Assembly (NCBI GenBank): GCA_963793265.1
Contig: CAWBZI010000006.1
Location: forward strand, 32,001 to 96,000
Reading direction: 5' to 3'
Length of the DNA: 64,000 nucleotides
Source: an uncultured cyanobacterium
GTDB taxonomy: Bacteria; Cyanobacteriota; Cyanobacteriia; Phormidesmidales; Phormidesmidaceae
Shown here: one piece after another, positions 11,041 to 20,870 of the stretch
How positions within the stretch are numbered: position 1 is the first letter of the stretch
Layout: each line of letters opens with the position of its first letter
The notes under the pieces: generated by a model
Told to the model about the DNA's origin: nothing
Databases searched by the model: none
The model's input: the letters and a program-made list of their open reading frames with translations, nothing else
Position numbers and translations under genes: made by a program

Positions 11041-11499
11041 TTACGAAAGCTTAGTACCTTCTAGCTTCTCTTGCTCAGTAACAGCCTCGATAGAGTTGCC
11101 TTCAGCCTGCTTAAGACCAAACTTGTTGCCAACGCCTGCAATCTTGCCTTGGATATCGTTCTTGTTGAAGTAGCCAGTTAGGAACGTGCTAACAGCAGAC
11201 AGCACAACTGGGCCAAGAATAAAGCCTAGCAAGCCTTTGACAGCAAATCCAGGCACCAGCACGGAAGCAAGCCAGAAGCAGAAGCCGTTCACGACTAGGG
11301 CAAACGCGCCCAAAGTAAGGAAGGTCACTGGCAGCGACAGCACTTTGAGCACAGGCTTAACAGAACCGTTAACCAAACCCAGCGACACTGCCGCAGCTAG
11401 CGCAGCCGGAAAGGTGTTGATGGCAACACCCGGTACAATTAGATCAACAACTAGAATGCTCAGGGCAGTCACTAGCGTGGTTACGAAAAATCCCAACAT
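11041..11499 (-). CDS. Phage holin family 4 (YvlD-like) membrane protein
   Basis: LGLVN..VKP.L..LSLP...LTLG.F.LVVNG pattern. Confidence 0.85.
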   Translation of the reverse strand: MLGFFVTTLVTALSILVVDLIVPGVAINTFPAALAAAVSLGLVNGSVKPVLKVLSLPVTFLTLGAFALVVNGFCFWLASVLVPGFAVKGLLGFILGPVVLSAVSTFLTGYFNKNDIQGKIAGVGNKFGLKQAEGNSIEAVTEQEKLEGTKLS

Positions 11500-11579
11500 A
11501 TTTTTTGTCTCTTCTTTTTAGGGGTGAATAATTGAAAACTAACTTTCTTGAAAACCTGTCGTTAGGTAGGACTAACTTC

Positions 11580-11768
11580 TTAAGAGTCGGGCAGTTGCGC
11601 AGTTTCGTAATGTTTAGCGATCGCCCACACCGCATGAATACTACCGGGCAGTACACCTAAAAAGGTCAGGGCCAAATTGATAAAAAATGCCGGGCTAATG
11701 CCATAAGTGAGAAAAACACCCACGGGCGGCAACACAATTCCGAGTGCGTATTTGATAAGTTTGTTCAT
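11580..11768 (-). CDS. YqaE/Pmp3 family membrane protein
   Basis: LPPVGV..G...FFINLALT.LG.LPGSIHAVW. Confidence 0.9.
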   Translation of the reverse strand: MNKLIKYALGIVLPPVGVFLTYGISPAFFINLALTFLGVLPGSIHAVWAIAKHYETAQLPDS

Positions 11769-11919
11769 GTAAGGTCATCTCCTTTTCTTTACGCTTTAAG
11801 CTTATGAGTATGGTTCAAAGCAGGAGGTGTTGAAAACCCTCTAAAGTATCATGAAAAATACTCTGAGGGCGGATTTTACGACCCATTTTATGACAAAAGG
11901 TTCGGTTGAAGCTATATCG

Positions 11920-12168
11920 CTATGTCGAATGGCTAGTAGTCACGCGCTTAGTCAATATCGCCATCACTTCACCGTCTCGTCCGGTACTCATCGGCACGCT
12001 CCAATCGTTGGGCTCTGCGTAGCCATGCTTGTGAATATCCTTAATAGCGGCCTGCACAGCGCTAGGGCTACCAAACATCATCAGGCGCACGGGTTCTGTG
12101 TGAGTGACTGGTTTGTTATCACCAGGATTTGTGGGCGCAAATGCGCCTTGTGGCAAAAGGGTAAACAT
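11920..12168 (-). CDS. Small conserved cyanobacterial hypothetical protein (82 aa)
   Basis: EPVRL..FGSP..V...I..IH..GYAE..DWS......GEVM.IL pattern, recalled from multicopy cyanobacterial small proteins; promoter and RBS present. Confidence 0.7.
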   Translation of the reverse strand: MFTLLPQGAFAPTNPGDNKPVTHTEPVRLMMFGSPSAVQAAIKDIHKHGYAEPNDWSVPMSTGRDGEVMAILTKRVTTSHST

Positions 12169-12421
12169 AGCGATCTGGGTTCCTGTGTGTTTATCTTTTA
12201 ATCGCCCTTTTATAGGCGTTCAAGGAAACCCAGAACTCGCGATATCTTAGCCGTCCCAGCAAGAATGCAAAATTGACGGCTAAAGGGTACGCTACCCTTA
12301 GGCGACCGAGATTGCTTGATAATCTTGGGAGTTTAGCTATCGGCGGGTGGTTCCAAGCACCTACCGATAGCGCTAAGTCATTTTGAGTCCTGAGAAGGCA
12401 GCAACAGAAGTTGTGTCCTTA
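12167..12421 (-). ncRNA. Highly structured 5' leader (five abutting hairpins, the last pairing with the RBS)
   Basis: Inverted repeats at about 12167-12245, 12248-12283, 12284-12298, 12306-12328 and 12336-12371. Confidence 0.6.
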
Positions 12422-12427
12422 GAAAAG

Positions 12428-12456
12428 ATAATAGGCGTATTTCTACGTAGATGCAA
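12428..12456 (-). promoter_or_regulatory. Sigma70-type promoter
   Basis: TTGCAT-N17-TATTAT on the minus strand. Confidence 0.6.
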
Positions 12457-12576
12457 GCTGTTTTATCTGCGTTTCGTAACGACACTGCAATCTGTAGGCT
12501 TAAGCCTTGTTTCCTACATCAGCCGTTTTTCTGATGAGCTGCAATAATCATCTATAGAAAGCAGGTTTTTCCAGCC

Positions 12577-13140
12577 ATGGTACAAACGCCCACAAGAACC
12601 CTCACCTTAGAAGATTTTTTGCAGCAGCCTGAGACGAAGCCTGCGAGCGAGTATATCGATGGTCAAATTATTCAAAAGCCGATGCCGAAAGCAGAGCACA
12701 GTGTCATTCAAGGTGACTTATTGACCGCTATAAACTCGGCTATCAAAGGAAATCAAATCGGGCGTGCTTTTCCAGAACTACGTTGTACGTTCGATAACCG
12801 CTCGATTGTTCCTGACATTACCGTATTACCTTGGTCAGCCATTCCCAGACGAGAAGATGGCAAAGTGACAGGAGATCTTTTCGCCGCGCCTAACTGGATG
12901 ATTGAGATTTTATCGCCAAGGCAGAGCCAGATGAAGGTCTTTAAAAAAATTGCGTACGCGCTAGCAAACGGCACTCAGTTAGCATGGCTGATTGATCCTG
13001 CTGAAGAATGTGTAGTCGGCTACACGACTGATCTCCGGTCGATACTGTACGAGGCACCTGATGCGCAGTTACCCGTGCCAGAGTTTGCTGCGGACTTTCA
13101 ACTAACCGTAGGTGAGCTAGTAGCCTGGCTGTACGGGTAG
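12577..13140 (+). CDS. Uma2 family endonuclease
   Basis: ETKPASEYIDG..IQKPMP, ELRCTF..RSIVPD, P.W.IEILSP.Q. Confidence 0.92.
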   Translation: MVQTPTRTLTLEDFLQQPETKPASEYIDGQIIQKPMPKAEHSVIQGDLLTAINSAIKGNQIGRAFPELRCTFDNRSIVPDITVLPWSAIPRREDGKVTGDLFAAPNWMIEILSPRQSQMKVFKKIAYALANGTQLAWLIDPAEECVVGYTTDLRSILYEAPDAQLPVPEFAADFQLTVGELVAWLYG

Positions 13141-13141
13141 C

Positions 13142-13300
13142 ATAAATAACTGATACCGATTATTACAGAATCGCGGCAGTCGCTGCCAGCACAAGCACAG
13201 CAAAAGTGAGAAATTAGTAACTATCCCTGAAATACTAAGCGACGAATTAGCGCCTGGAACGCTCAGCAATACTTTGAAACAAGCAGGTCTAAAACCATAA
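13142..13300 (+). pseudogene. hicA: HicA toxin remnant
   Basis: Manual translation INN*YRLLQNRGSRCQHKHSKSEKLVTIPEILSDELAPGTLSNTLKQAGLKP*; internal stop, no start codon, GSH replaced by GSR. Confidence 0.75.
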
Positions 13301-13512
13301 AGTACTTAATCGTTATCGAAAAAACTCAGACCGGATTTTCAGCATATTCTCCCGATCTTCCTGGCTGTATCACAACAGGAGCCACGCAAGAGGAGACGGC
13401 TAGACATATGGAAGAAGCCGTCACCTTCCACATAGAAGGTCTACAGCTCGAAGGTGAACCCGTGCCCAAACCATCAAGTACGTCCGCATATGTAGAAGCT
13501 TCTGTTGCCTAG
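13297..13512 (+). pseudogene. hicB: HicB antitoxin (start codon ATA instead of ATG)
   Basis: IKYLIVIEKTQTGFSAYSPDLPGCITTGATQEETARHMEEAVTFHIEGLQLEGEPVPKPSSTSAYVEASVA*; open frame with PDLPGC motif. Confidence 0.85.
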
Positions 13513-13584
13513 TGTCACTCAGAGTTTATTTGCGGTGGGTAGTGGTTTTTGAAGTGATCGCATTTAAGAAAGGAGTCGTAACGC

Positions 13585-16500
13585 TCAGCTAGCTTCTGAT
13601 GCTAGACGACTAACCTGTTCCGTTGCCCAAGTGCGGAGTTCTTCGTCAGTGTCATTCTTCGCTCTATCGCGGAGGAGTTCAATAGTTTTGGGATGTTCAG
13701 GATACTGACTGGCCAAAATGTCCAGAGCAATATGGCAGGAGTTATTCTCAAATAAGATAGTGTTCTCGAAATTAAATGTGCGTCCTACTTCAAAGGGTTC
13801 TTGAAGCACGAGGTCACACCAAAATTCAAACAGACTCAACTCGTCTTTCCAATCTCTTGCCAGTTCCTGGACGGCTAATCTACGAACATACTCACTATCG
13901 TCTTTTTGAGCCTGTGCTTTGAGAGTTTTCAACGTTTCTATATCGTCTTTCCATCCTCCCGCTAGTGCTTCAGTGGCTGCACTTCGAACGCTAGCGCTTC
14001 CGTTGCTTTGAGCTTGAATTACAAGCCAAGGAAATGTGCTCGGATTATCTTTCCATCCTCTTGCTATTCCTTGAACTGCTACAACATAAACGTATTCGTC
14101 TATACGATCAATGTATTCATCTTCACTGACTTCAGCAATGCACTTAAGCCAAGGTAAAATTGAGGAGTCATCCTTCCAATTTTCTGATATCTCTCTGATT
14201 GCAGTAATACCAAGATTCGTGCGTTTCTTAGCAATAGTCTTAAGCCAAGGTAGAGTCTCAGATGCATTATTCCACTCTTTTGCTATCTTTGCTATCGCCA
14301 AAGACACACCCGAAGAAAAATCATTTGATTCCTGAACGAAGGATTTTAGCCAAGGCAGAGTTTCAGGTTTGTCTTTCCAGCCTCTAACAATCTTATCAAT
14401 TGTCTCTTCTACAGCACTGTTGTTCGCTTGAAAAACATCATCTTCAGCCGCTTCCTTAAGCAGTCTTAAAACCACATCCGACAATTCATCTAACTCACTA
14501 TCAGATTGAGTTTCATTCAACTCCAATAAGCAATCTGTTGCCAGTAGTATTTTACTTAGGCCACCTTGATAAAGTTCTATCACGGAAGCAGGATTCCAAT
14601 AACCGTCCTTGCTTTCAATGTGCTGATCTACTAAGAAGGCGATAAGCCTCTTTGAGAAAGAGTAGTCTATCATCGTTGCTGTTAGCCGTAGTACCTCATT
14701 CCAAGATTCATCCCAAGAAAGCTTTTCATAGAGATTTTCTAAGTCTTCAATGCCAATATTTTGCTGTCTCTCAAACTGATAAACAAGCTCGCTCGCACAA
14801 AAATACTCTAAAAACGTGCGATGAACAAACGCATAATTATCAGCTCCGAGATAACACAAAATAAAATTGCGCTCCCTCAACTGTTCAATCATTACCCTAG
14901 CCACCGGACGCGCCCTATCCACATCCTGCTTCTTCAAATACTCCGTCAAGATCTCTTCTAAATCATCTCGACTAATCACATTCCCCGAAAGCCCATCCTC
15001 ATTCGCCTGCATGTGATACGCCACCTTCCGCAGCATCGCCTGCTTATCGCGCCTACCGATTTGCCAGTGCTTCAAATCCTCCTGCTCATGAAGCTTCACG
15101 TCTACGTCCCACTGATGCAGCAGCACCTCCGAAGCTTTCTCATACAACATTGCCCGATCCTTCGGCAGCTCCTGATTCCGATTCAAAATCGCCATCATCG
15201 TCAACAACAGCGGATTCCCCGCCAGCTCCCGAATCGCCCTAGATTCCGTGATCGCCTTCTGCAACCGCCCCTGCTTTCTCTCCCGCTCCGCCTGCTGCCC
15301 CTTCGTAAACGTCAGCCCATGCCATCGCTCCAAAAAATCCTCAATCTGTTCATCATTCAAATCCTGCAACATATAGTGCGCAAACTCCGCCTTCCGCAGA
15401 GCCTCAGCCTTATACCCTAGCCACCGAGAAGTCACCACCATCTGCACCGCCCCATACTGATTGCTAAACCGATGGATATCCGTCACCACCGCCTCCCGCA
15501 GCTTCGGATCAAACACCTCATCCACCCCATCAAACAGCGCCACCGCCTTCCCACCCTTTAGCAGCGCATCCAGCTCAAGCTGATTCAGTCGGCAAGCCGT
15601 ATTCCCCTTGTGCAAATACTCCAAGAAATCATTACAAATTCTCTTCTCCTTGTCCTGCGCATACAGCCGCAGCTCAATCAAAAGCGGGATCGGCTTACCC
15701 TTCAGCTCTGCCAGCGGCCTATCCGCCCAGCTCAACGCCAAAGCCCTTAGCAGCGTAGACTTCCCCGCCCCCGGATCGCCCAAAATCACACATCGCAAAA
15801 CCGAACCCGGCCCCTCCAATCCCACCACGCCCCGCACCGACTCAATCGGCCTATCCGCATAGTTCCGCCGCTGCTGCTCCAAAGCATCAGGCGACAATAG
15901 CAGATCAATCTCACCCGCCGCCTGCAATGCCAACAGCCGCTCCTTCGGCAGCTCATACATCTGCGGCGCAAACTCCGCACACTCGCGCACATCCTGCGCC
16001 ACAAAAATCTTCCACAGCCGCAAATTGTCATAAGCCGCCCCCGCCGTATCCAACGAGTCCAAGCTCAAGCTCCCAAACCGCTCCTTCAGCGACTCCTGAT
16101 ACTCCCGCAAATTGAACTGAACTGGCACCCCAACCAGCGCCTCATTACTCTCCTTAATCGCCCGCTGCTGATCCAGATCCAACTGCCTAGCTAGCTCAGC
16201 GTCCTTACGAACCAGCCCTTTCACCCGCCGAACATAATTTCTTACCACATCCTCCCATTGAAACTCTTCAGGAAAATTAGTCGGTGGAGACAGCGTACTC
16301 CACACGCTCGGCAATAGCTGCCAGTCAATGCTCTCAACGTCAGACTCAAACGCTCGACACAGCTCTCGCGTTACCGATTCAGTTGCCAGCAAACGTCCCA
16401 AAGGTTTTGCTAGCTCATGCCTAATCAGCGCTCTTGTCCAGCCACAATTTTCCAGCTCATCCCCAAACAGCTGAATAAAATTTTTAAGCGACTGATTCAT

Positions 16501-16660
16501 CGCCTTCTTCAAAGCATCCGGCGCACTCAACGCCAGCATATCCTCCGCCCCTTGCTTCAGGCGGTCTTTAAACAAGTCCTCAGCAGCAGCCTTCGCCAAA
16601 GGCCCAACCACCTCTTTCAAAAACACACCCGAGCTGAGCCAGCATCAAAGATTCCAGCAT
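13585..16660 (-). CDS. NACHT-domain NTPase with C-terminal HEAT-like repeats (NLR-like)
   Basis: Walker A GDPGAGKST, Walker B LFDGVDE, VTSR, NPLLL, FVHRTFLEYF, WKD-type HEAT repeats. ORF track starts at GTG 16626; ATG 16660 (MLESLMLAQLG) is one base out of frame. Confidence 0.9.
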
Positions 16661-16854
16661 GTTCTAAATCAGTACGCATTATCTACACCGAGACTATGCC
16701 ACTTATCGACAAAACTTGCTGTAAGCCTGCTCCATTCACAAAAAACTTTAACCTAACCCATACAGCCTTCTCGCAGCCCATACATCTCCGCTAGCGAAGA
16801 TAACAACCGTACATCGCTAAAATAGAGACCTATCAAAAATATCTGGGTAAGCAC

Positions 16855-17116
16855 ATGACCGTATCACCAGAAACTAAAACTAAAGTAAAGCCCAATATCG
16901 ATCCCGTCACTTTAGAACTTCCATCCCTCTCCCGCCACGCTATAGACGAGCTATACCACTTCCTACAATACCTACAGTTCAAACATCAGGTAGACCTCGA
17001 ACCCGCTATCGAAGCAATAGAAGACGAAATAGATGTTTTGACGCCGACGTTGCCCGCCAAGAACCTGGAGAAGCTATTCACTAGCCAATCGTAAACATGA
17101 GCTAGGCATAGAATGA
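16855..17116 (+). CDS. Putative antitoxin (frameshifted near 17040)
   Basis: Small acidic ORF (AIEDEID); shifted frames read DADVARQEPGEAI..KHELGIE* with TGA overlapping the toxin ATG. Confidence 0.6.
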
Positions 17117-17369
17117 CCTACCAGAGTTTTTATCGAGCCTCTGGCAAGAGGCAAATCAGCAAGCTGTCGACAACCGTTCAGGAGTCTTACTTGCCGTATC
17201 ATTACCCTAGAGCAAGACCCCCGACCGTCAAGGCTGCAAAAAGCTTAAAGGCCGAAAGAACGAATATCGTATTCGTTCGGGAAACTATCGCGTTATTTAC
17301 GCGGTTGAAGATACAAAACTCCTTGTCAGAGTCGTAAAAGCAGGCCACAGAAAGGATGCATACGAATAA
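17113..17369 (+). CDS. relE: RelE/ParE family toxin (several indels)
   Basis: Stitched frames give LEQDPRPS-GCKKLKGRKNEYRIRSGNYRVIYAVEDTKLLVRVVKAGHRKDAYE*. Confidence 0.8.
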
Positions 17370-17372
17370 TCG

Positions 17373-18741
17373 ATGTTTCAAACCACCCGTCGCCGCCTCG
17401 CCCTCTGGTACACCACCGTCACCGCCGTCCTGCTTCTCCTCTTCGCCACTGGCGTCTACACCTACGTTCGCACCACCCTCGTCGAACGCGTTGACGACAC
17501 CCTCAACCACGTGATCGAAATCGTCGAACGCTCCCTCATCATCGAAGACAGCCAAACTGAAAGCGGCCAAACTGACAGCGGCCACACTGAAAGCGGCCAG
17601 ATCGAAAGCATACCAAGCGTCAACATCGAAGCCAGCTTCCGCCATAGCGAAGAAGCCAGCGAAGACGATCGCATCGATCTCGAATGGTTTGACCCCGACG
17701 GCAACTTCCAGTGGAGCACCTTCTCCAAATCTCCCAAAATTCCGCTTCACGTCAATCCCAACGGCGAAACCATCATTCCCCCCGACAGCCTCGCCCTGCG
17801 ACAAATTACCCAGCGCGTCACGTCAGGCTCCCAACTCCTCGGCTATCTCCGCGTCAGCCATCCCTGGTTCGAAGTCTCTAAGCCCAGCCGCCAGCTCATT
17901 ATCGATCTTGGCTTTGGCATCACCGTCATGATCATCACCGTCGCCAGGCATCGGCTGGTTTCTCTCTGGCCTCGCGATGCGCCCATCGTCCGCGACTCCT
18001 ACCAGCAGCTAAAACAGTTCACCGCCGACGCCTCCCACGAGCTGCGCAACCCCATCGCCGTCATTCAAACCAACGTCCAGGTTGCCCTCGCCGACCCGAT
18101 GAACAGTTTCAGCGCAGCCAGCTCGAAGTGATAGAACGCTTAACCCGCAGGCTTGGCAGACTCGTTGACGATCTGTTGTTTCTTGCCCGGCAAGAGAGTG
18201 GCCTGATCCCCATACAAAAAGACGATGCATAACACTCTCTACGCTGCTCAAAAATGTCTTTGAAGAACAACAGGCGATCGCCCAAAAAAAGCACTCACCT
18301 TCTCCTACCACGAAAATCACCCGCCAATTCGCCCACCTATTTACTCAAGGCGATCCCGACCAGCTCACCCGCCTGTTCACTAACCTCATCGCCAACGCCA
18401 TCCACTACACCCCCAACGGCAGCATCACCGTCAGCCTCGAAACCAGCCGCCCACAGCACCACCGTCACCGTCAAGACACCGGCATCGGCATCCCCACCCA
18501 AGATCTCAGCCACATCTTCGACCGCTTTTACCGCGTTGACGCCGCTCGCTCTCGCAAAGCTGGGGGCTCAGGGCTAGGGCTTGCGATCGCCAAAATCATC
18601 ACCGACAATCACCACGGCCAGCTCACTCTCACCAGCGAACTCGACCAAGGCACCACCGCCACCGTCACCTTACCCGCCAAGCCCGCCGCCAAATCCTTAA
18701 ACGCCCAAAAAGAAACGCCTAGCCGCATAACCGCAAACTAG
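17373..18741 (+). CDS. Two-component sensor histidine kinase, possibly ManS-like (several frameshifts)
   Basis: TM helices; H-box FTADASHELRNP; downstream frames give NLIANAIHYT, DTGIGI, FDRFYR and GSGLGLAI. Confidence 0.8.
17551..17610 (+). repeat. Four imperfect 15-bp tandem repeats inside the kinase sensor domain
   Basis: GCCAAACTGAAAGCG / GCCAAACTGACAGCG / GCCACACTGAAAGCG / GCCAGATCGAAAGCA. Confidence 0.8.
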
Positions 18742-18775
18742 ACGCCTCTCAACTTCTGTAGAACCAAACTACTGC

Positions 18776-19575
18776 TCAGTCGCCATGCTGACGTTCCGGC
18801 CCAAACGTGCGCTCTTCAGGCATTCCCATCTCACCCATCGGCTCAGCCTTCGATTGATTGTACGAATACATCACGCCGCCCGCATTTCCCACGCGCACCG
18901 TAATCGACTGATCCGCAGCCCAAGACCGCTTCTCACCCTGCTCCAAAATCGCCTCAAACTCAGTCGAACCATCCGCAATCACCCGCACCCAAGACTGTCC
19001 GTCAGCACCAAATTCACCTCAACCGGCTTCTCTTGCACCTTAGGCTTCAGTCAGGCTCAACAACCGGAGCCTCAGGCTGAGCTGCCTCCGTCTGCTGAGG
19101 CATGAACTGCTCAATCGCCTCTGGATTCAAAATCGGCTGAGCCGTCATATCTGGCGCACTCCGCTGCAAAAAGCCAGATAGCGCACTCACCGCACCCATA
19201 ATCAGCAGCATATAGGCCGCGTATAGATGCAAAGGTCGTAGCTGAGCTGCCGGAGAATCCTTCCAAGAAGAACGCGGCGGATTGACCACAGGGCGCGTAA
19301 AAAACTGACTCGCAATCGTCTCGCCATCTAGGCCCAAAGCGTTACCGTACCGTCTCAGCAGCGCTCGAATGTAAATCGGTTCAGGCAGCTCAGACACTTT
19401 GCCCTGCTCCAAAGCAGCCAGCAGCATCTGACGAATCAACGTTCGCTTTTCAATTGCCTCTAAAGACAGACCTCGCTGCAACCGGGCTTGTTTAAGCATA
19501 GTTGCCGAGTGAAAAAAGCTGCTCTTGCTGTAGCTGCTGGGCGGTGGGTTCCTTAATACGAGCTTTCTGCTTCAT
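18776..19575 (-). CDS. rodZ: RodZ-like HTH protein with DUF4115 domain (frameshifted)
   Basis: HTH LKQAR..GLSL..I...TLIR..LL.ALEQG..LPEPIY; TM helix; WVRVIADG..FE.IL..G..W.A..ITVRVGNAGGV; split over three frames, ATG at 19575. Confidence 0.75.
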
Positions 19576-19648
19576 GGGTTCGGCGAGGTTAAATAAGGCA
19601 GTGAAAATAGTTGTAACGTGTATTGCTTAAGGGCTATTTAGAAAGAAC

Positions 19649-20423
19649 CTAAGACTTTAATAAAGGTATTGCACGAGGCGGTGTAGTGGAAGTGATTGCG
19701 GCGTCATTCTTGAGCAAATCAACCTCATCGTTTCTAAGTAAACGATACTGCCCACGAGGCAAACTTCCCAGTGCCAATGAGCCAATTTTTGTTCTGTGCA
19801 GGGCTGTCACAGGGTATCCCAAAGACTCAGCGACCCGCCGAATCTGTCGATTGCGGCCTTCTCTTATGGTCACCTCTAACAAAGCTCGCTCATCAGAAAG
19901 CTTTTTAACCAAAGCGACTCTGGCAGGCAATGTTTTGCGGTTTTCAAGCATCACGCCTGAACGCCACTGCTTAAGCACACTCCTCAGAAGGCGATCCCTG
20001 CACCCGCACCTGGTAGGTTTTGGGCATCTGGTGGCTTGGGTGCGTGAGCCGAAAGGTCAAATCACCGTCGTTGGTCAGCAAGAGTGCGCCCGTAGAGTCA
20101 ATATCTAAGCGACCGACCGGATGAATGCCCATTCCAGTTTGCAGAGAAGTCTCTAACAAATCTAAAACAGTCTTACGCCCTTGGGGATCGCTACAGGTAG
20201 AAACCACGTCTCTCGGCTTATGTAGCAAAAGATAAACGCAGCGGGGCGGCTTGCTTATCTCAATACCATCAACACAAATGCGATCGCTTAGCCCGTCAGC
20301 CTGCTGACCAATTTCAGCGACCTTTCCGTTTACCGTCACCCGACCGCTCAAAATCAGCTTTTCAGCCTGACGCCTGGAAGCAACGCCCCTCTGCGATAGC
20401 AGCTTTTGCAGCCTTTCGGTCAT
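19649..20423 (-). CDS. rRNA pseudouridine synthase, RluB/RsuA family (frameshift near 19975)
   Basis: S4 domain [21 protein letters not shown] and EGRNRQIRR in two overlapping frames. Confidence 0.9.
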
Positions 20424-20870
20424 AAAACAACGCGGCTAGATTTAGATGCAGATGATAATAGCTTTATCGCCTTAAGAAAAGCGTATGCGTATAATTGGCT
20501 ACGTACAAAGCCTTAGCAAACGTAGCCTTTACGGATACTTACTTATTCAAGCAGGTATCTTTAGGTATTCACAAGGGGGGAATCCCACTGCAGGTAAAAG
20601 ATTTCACATATTCGTAATCGCAAAGCAAGGTACAAATACTATCTTTTACGCCGTAACCCTCATAAAGACAGACGCTAACAGCCTATCGCTACGTCTATCT
20701 GCTTAAGCAAAAACAACGACGACCTCACAATCTCTTTAAACAAATAGTTGAGAACGCCCGGTAAAGCGAACTCAAAAAGTAATCTAAACCGCCTCAAGCG
20801 TTTGCGCAATAGCTAAACTACCTTCTCTACAAGGTTTAAAAAATGACTGCTAGTTCATAGTTTTCACGAG

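Noticed and set aside
11041..11499. Prophage suggested by the holin-family gene
   Set aside because: YvlD-like proteins are common chromosomal membrane proteins; no integrase or structural phage genes nearby.
20485..20706. 73-aa ORF and scattered AGGTA motifs in an AT-rich intergenic gap
   Set aside because: No recognisable family or RBS; motifs are too short and irregularly spaced.
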